Origin: Planctomycetota bacterium
Lineage (GTDB): Bacteria; Planctomycetota; SZUA-567; H5-PLA8
DNA length: 10,754 nt
Direction of reading: 5' to 3'
NCBI GenBank assembly: GCA_038227875.1
Contig: JBBRPR010000118.1
Location: 1-10,754, forward strand
In this document: in pieces, positions 7,745 through 10,754 of the stretch
Layout of the letters: each line of letters begins with the position of its first letter
How positions within the stretch are numbered: the first letter of the stretch is position 1
Made by a program: the position numbers and the translations under genes
The notes under the pieces: generated by a model
What the model saw: only the letters and a program-made list of their open reading frames with translations
Database searches by the model: none
What the model was told of the DNA's origin: nothing

Positions 7745-8050
7745 AAACTCTAACGAACCTTCGGAACTGTCCGCGATCCTACTGCCGAATCATCGGTACC
7801 AAAAACATCATTTTGAATACGAAGACCAGCTAAGCCCCTCGCGGGGCCCCGTATTCACTCATAAAATCCGGTGCGGTAGGGCCGCAGATCCGAGCTAACT
7901 TCGGCAAAATGGCGTAGCCCAATTTCCGGCCATGATTTAAGGATGATTGTCTCTACCGATGTGGGAAGGGCCCTATCCGATACTGATCGTTGGCGTACGC
8001 TGAAGGAAACTTCAAGGATTGTGGATCTACGGCAGGGCTCGACTCGCCTT
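7745..8050 (+). repeat. Dispersed structured element, copy C
   Basis: Blocks GGTACC (7795), CGAAGACC (7820), ATAAAATCCGG (7861), GCGTAGC (7912), TCCGGC (7925), GATCGTTGG (7985) and GATTGTGG (8017). Together with the upstream gene end, 7641-8031 aligns with 5866-6236. Confidence 0.85.
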
Positions 8051-8814
8051 TCCGAAAAACCACTTCTCCGGTAACCCGACTTACCAAGCACTAAGAGAGT
8101 TTCTGCACAGCGTCGCGATCGATTACTTCCGAGTAGCCCGTCACTCGACCACGACCCGAGCAAGCTGTAGCCGTTGCCGGGGGAAATTGGTCTACCGCCA
8201 TTCGTTTTGTCTATGAGCGTGAATCCTGGGATCGTCTTTTTCACTGAGGTGGACCCATCATGTCGAGACCGTGTCATTGACCGCAATGTAGCCGTCCGGG
8301 ATACCAGAAGGCTTCGCAAAAGCTGCATCGGCAATCGCTTCGCACCCGTAGTGAAAGACCGGCATCATAGATGTCGAAGAGCACGACCCTGATAGAGCCC
8401 AACGTACAACATTGCCCCAGCACTGGCTGCGGCTAACGCCGTGGCAACGTAACGATCTGGCGAATGCGCTAGATGTTCTTGCATCGATCCCTTTGGCAGT
8501 CTACTGCTACCTCTCTTCGCATGATTCGCCAGCTCAAAAAGCGTTACAAAAAAACGTGCTGAGAGTTGGCATTTCTAGGACTATGCAATTCAGCTATCGG
8601 CACTTACTTGAGTGGGCGTAGAATACGCCTGAGCCAACCCGCATTGTCGGACAAATGGATTTCAAGTAGCGTTTACCCACGACGAAAGGTTGCTTACGTG
8701 AGGGCTGTCACCTACGCATCACCGAGAGTTTGATTGGAAGAAGGTTCATACCGGTGAGGCTTCGGCGCGTCCCTCTGCTCATCTACCTAATCAAGCCGAA
8801 AAGAGGAAAAGTCA

Positions 8815-9042
8815 ATGTCAGAGCATCATGACGCACCGAAAGGGCACGAACCCCACGCAATCCATGAAGAGCACGCCAAAGGGCCACACGACCCGAAAGA
8901 GATCAATCCGAAGATATCATCCGACATTGCCTATTGGTCCAAAGAGTTTGGCGTCACCGGCGACCAACTTCACGAAGCCATTCGCAGTCATGGAACGCAT
9001 GTAGAGAAAGTACGGGCTGCTCTCCACCCGAAGGCCGTCTGA
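8815..9042 (+). CDS. DUF3606-family small protein with His-rich N-terminal extension
   Basis: IN......IAYWSKEFGVTGDQLHEAIRSHGTHVEKVRAAL matches the DUF3606 pattern. AGAGG ribosome-binding site upstream. Confidence 0.82.
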   Translation: MSEHHDAPKGHEPHAIHEEHAKGPHDPKEINPKISSDIAYWSKEFGVTGDQLHEAIRSHGTHVEKVRAALHPKAV

Positions 9043-9121
9043 GACATCCTTATCATGCGTGACAGGCGGCTGAAGTATGCTCCGCAGGTAACGTCTGATC
9101 CATCGGTATACATCAAAAACA

Positions 9122-9421
9122 TCATGCGAAGCGCGCGCCCCAGAGCTGGCGGTACCTCTCGATCCATGCCGCCTCTTCTTGCAGTCCGCGTAGGCCGAGC
9201 TTGCAGGTCCGCACGCGCCCGACCTTCTCGGTGGTGACGAGCCCCGCTTGCTCCAGGACGCCTACATGCTTCTTCATGCCCGTGAGGGTCATGTGGAATT
9301 TCTCGGCAAGGGCCGTGATCGAAGCGTCTGCACGCCCGAGCTGCTCCAGGACGCCGCGTCGGGTGACGTCCGCGAGCGCGCCGAACGAGACATCGAAGCG
9401 GGTCTGGCAATACTGAACCAT
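9122..9421 (-). CDS. ArsR/SmtB-family HTH regulator, probably C-terminally truncated
   Basis: FGALADVTRRGVLEQL...SITALAEKFHMTLTGMKKHVGVLEQAGLVTTEKVGRVRTCKL is the ArsR winged HTH. The start is placed at MVQY (9421). The protein ends abruptly at WGARFA*. Confidence 0.85.
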   Translation of the reverse strand: MVQYCQTRFDVSFGALADVTRRGVLEQLGRADASITALAEKFHMTLTGMKKHVGVLEQAGLVTTEKVGRVRTCKLGLRGLQEEAAWIERYRQLWGARFA

Positions 9422-9433
9422 GCGGTTCAGTAT
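9410..9433. promoter_or_regulatory. Palindromic operator overlapping the ArsR start codon (autoregulation)
   Basis: ATACTGAACC-atgc-GGTTCAGTAT is a perfect 10-4-10 inverted repeat covering the -10 element and the ATG. Confidence 0.8.
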
Positions 9434-9457
9434 ACAACGCGGATTGACGGCATGCAA
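9429..9457 (-). promoter_or_regulatory. Sigma70-type promoter for the ArsR gene, likely giving a leaderless mRNA
   Basis: Minus strand TTGCAT (9457-9452), 17-nt spacer, TATACT (9434-9429), then 7 nt to the ATG. There is no Shine-Dalgarno sequence. Confidence 0.7.
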
Positions 9458-9765
9458 TATTAGGATGAGCGCGCCCTGCGTTGCCGGCCTGCAGCTATAC
9501 ACACGATCAACGGCACAGCGTTTACCGTCGCCACCGTCCGTATGGTCGGCAATACGGAAGTTATGACCCGTCAGGCGCTAAGTTCCGAGTGGCCCGTGAC
9601 TCGGGCGCATTCCCGAGAAGCGCCGTAGTGTAGAATCCGCCCGGCTGTTCGCCCAGGGAAATTAACCATGGCTGACAGCTGCCTGGCAACAGGAGGCTCG
9701 ATCGGATCGGGTGGACGCTCTCGCACTACGGGATCACCGCAGCGATTGGCCAATGGAGAGGCACC

Positions 9766-10754
9766 ATGTTCAAATCGGCATCGCACAAAAGCAAAATTCT
9801 GGGGGTTGTGTTTTGTCTAATCGGTTGGGCTTGGTTCTTCGCCGCTACTGCGCCGCCTGCATCGGCGCAGTTCAAAGCATGGGTCATGGCCAAGCTCCCC
9901 GACACACCCGAGGGCCTGGGAATCGATTCGAAAGGCAACATCTACGCAACTCTCTTGCACACCGGCGAAGTAATTATGCTAAAGGACGATGGTAGCTACG
10001 ATCACATCGCCTGGGTCCCGTCGAAGGAAGAGAGCGGAAAGGGGGACCTGATCGGTCTCGATCTCGACAAGGGGGACAATATTTACGTCGCGTACAAGGC
10101 CCATTCCAAATATGACGCGACGGATTTGGCGAATCCCTTTCACCCCTCGTGCCGGGACGCGACGGTGACTCGCTCTGGGGTCTATAAGATCGATGCCAAG
10201 ATGCGAAAGGTTACGGCCCTCGCCACAAAAGCGGACGGTTGGCCGTTTTGCTTTCCTGACGATGTGGCGATCGATTCGCAAGGCAACGTATACATGACCG
10301 ACCTCACCTACTCGGCTATTTGGAAGATCTCGCCGGATGGCAAGAAAGTTGATCTGTGGTCGGCCCACGCGCTGCTCAATTGGTCGCCAAGGCCCTATTC
10401 GGGAGCACCCCTCGGCGTTAACGATCTCGCCCTCGATAAACAGGAGAAGAACATCTACGCCGTCACCGATGGCGACCCAATGGTGCTCAGGATCCCGATC
10501 AAGGAGGACGGAACGGCCGGTGAACCCCAGCCCTTGCAGCCCAGCGGTTACTCGCCATTCGATGGGGTCGAGCTGGACGCAAAGGGCAACATCTATGTCT
10601 CTGAGATCTTGCGAAACGAGATCTGGGTCTTTTCGCCCGACGGTTCCCAACGCATCCTGATAGCCAACAAGATGAACGCTCCGCTGGACAACAACACAAG
10701 CCTGGTTTTGAAGCGCGACCTTCTTTGCACGGCCAACCTCGGCTTCACCCACGC
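9766..10754 (+). CDS. SMP-30/gluconolactonase/LRE-family beta-propeller protein, exported, 3'-partial
   Basis: Absent from the ORF track because there is no stop in the window. GGAGAGG precedes ATG 9766. Translation: MFKSASHKSKILGVVFCLIGWAWFFAATAPPASAQ...PEGLGIDSKGNIY...FPDDVAIDSQGNVYMTD...GVNDLALD...FDGVELDAKGNIYVSE. Confidence 0.9.
   Translation, partial: MFKSASHKSKILGVVFCLIGWAWFFAATAPPASAQFKAWVMAKLPDTPEGLGIDSKGNIYATLLHTGEVIMLKDDGSYDHIAWVPSKEESGKGDLIGLDLDKGDNIYVAYKAHSKYDATDLANPFHPSCRDATVTRSGVYKIDAKMRKVTALATKADGWPFCFPDDVAIDSQGNVYMTDLTYSAIWKISPDGKKVDLWSAHALLNWSPRPYSGAPLGVNDLALDKQEKNIYAVTDGDPMVLRIPIKEDGTAGEPQPLQPSGYSPFDGVELDAKGNIYVSEILRNEIWVFSPDGSQRILIANKMNAPLDNNTSLVLKRDLLCTANLGFTH

Noticed and set aside
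7983..8010. Hammerhead ribozyme core (CTGAT...GAAAC) in copy C
   Set aside because: The sequence is CTGATCG rather than CTGANGA, and GAAA is not conserved in copies A and B.
2653..8050. CRISPR array or IS/MITE explanation for the repeats
   Set aside because: The copies are long, diverged and kilobases apart, with no short regular repeat-spacer pattern, terminal inverted repeats, target duplications or transposase.
7855..8334. Minus-strand ORFs over the element copies (2784-3032, 6180-6440, 7855-8334), including a vague HicA-like reading
   Set aside because: Their shared peptides (PTI..VS..RSPTI) only reflect nucleotide similarity. Starts, stops and frames disagree among copies, and the HicA resemblance needs several arbitrary frameshifts.
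9979..10752. 257-aa minus-strand ORF
   Set aside because: Antisense shadow of the SMP-30 family gene.

Overview
The window spans a junction between apparent core chromosome and a tRNA-targeted genomic island; the gene set is Acidobacteria-like, which is an inference. The left part (1-~2500) carries two tandem carboxypeptidase-regulatory-like exported proteins, a perfect bidirectional terminator and a large OmpA-family protein. At 2520-2547 there is an isolated tRNA 3' fragment (minus strand), followed by an IHF consensus site and tandem arm-type-like repeats, i.e. an integrase attachment-site scar. To its right lies mosaic cargo: a tandem SnoaL/NTF2 protein, a DUF2306 membrane protein, an AT-richer NucS/RecB-like PD-(D/E)XK nuclease, a small membrane protein plus a broken copy, a DUF3606 protein, a probably truncated ArsR regulator and an SMP-30/gluconolactonase protein running off the right edge. 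The most notable feature is a diverged ~280-310 nt element present three times in the same orientation (~2653-2925, ~5958-6240, ~7745-8050), with a possible fourth fragment at ~9101-9125. It has invariant sequence blocks, many indels and stems retained through compensatory changes. It is a candidate novel structured RNA or ssDNA element, although a thrice-decayed gene is not excluded.
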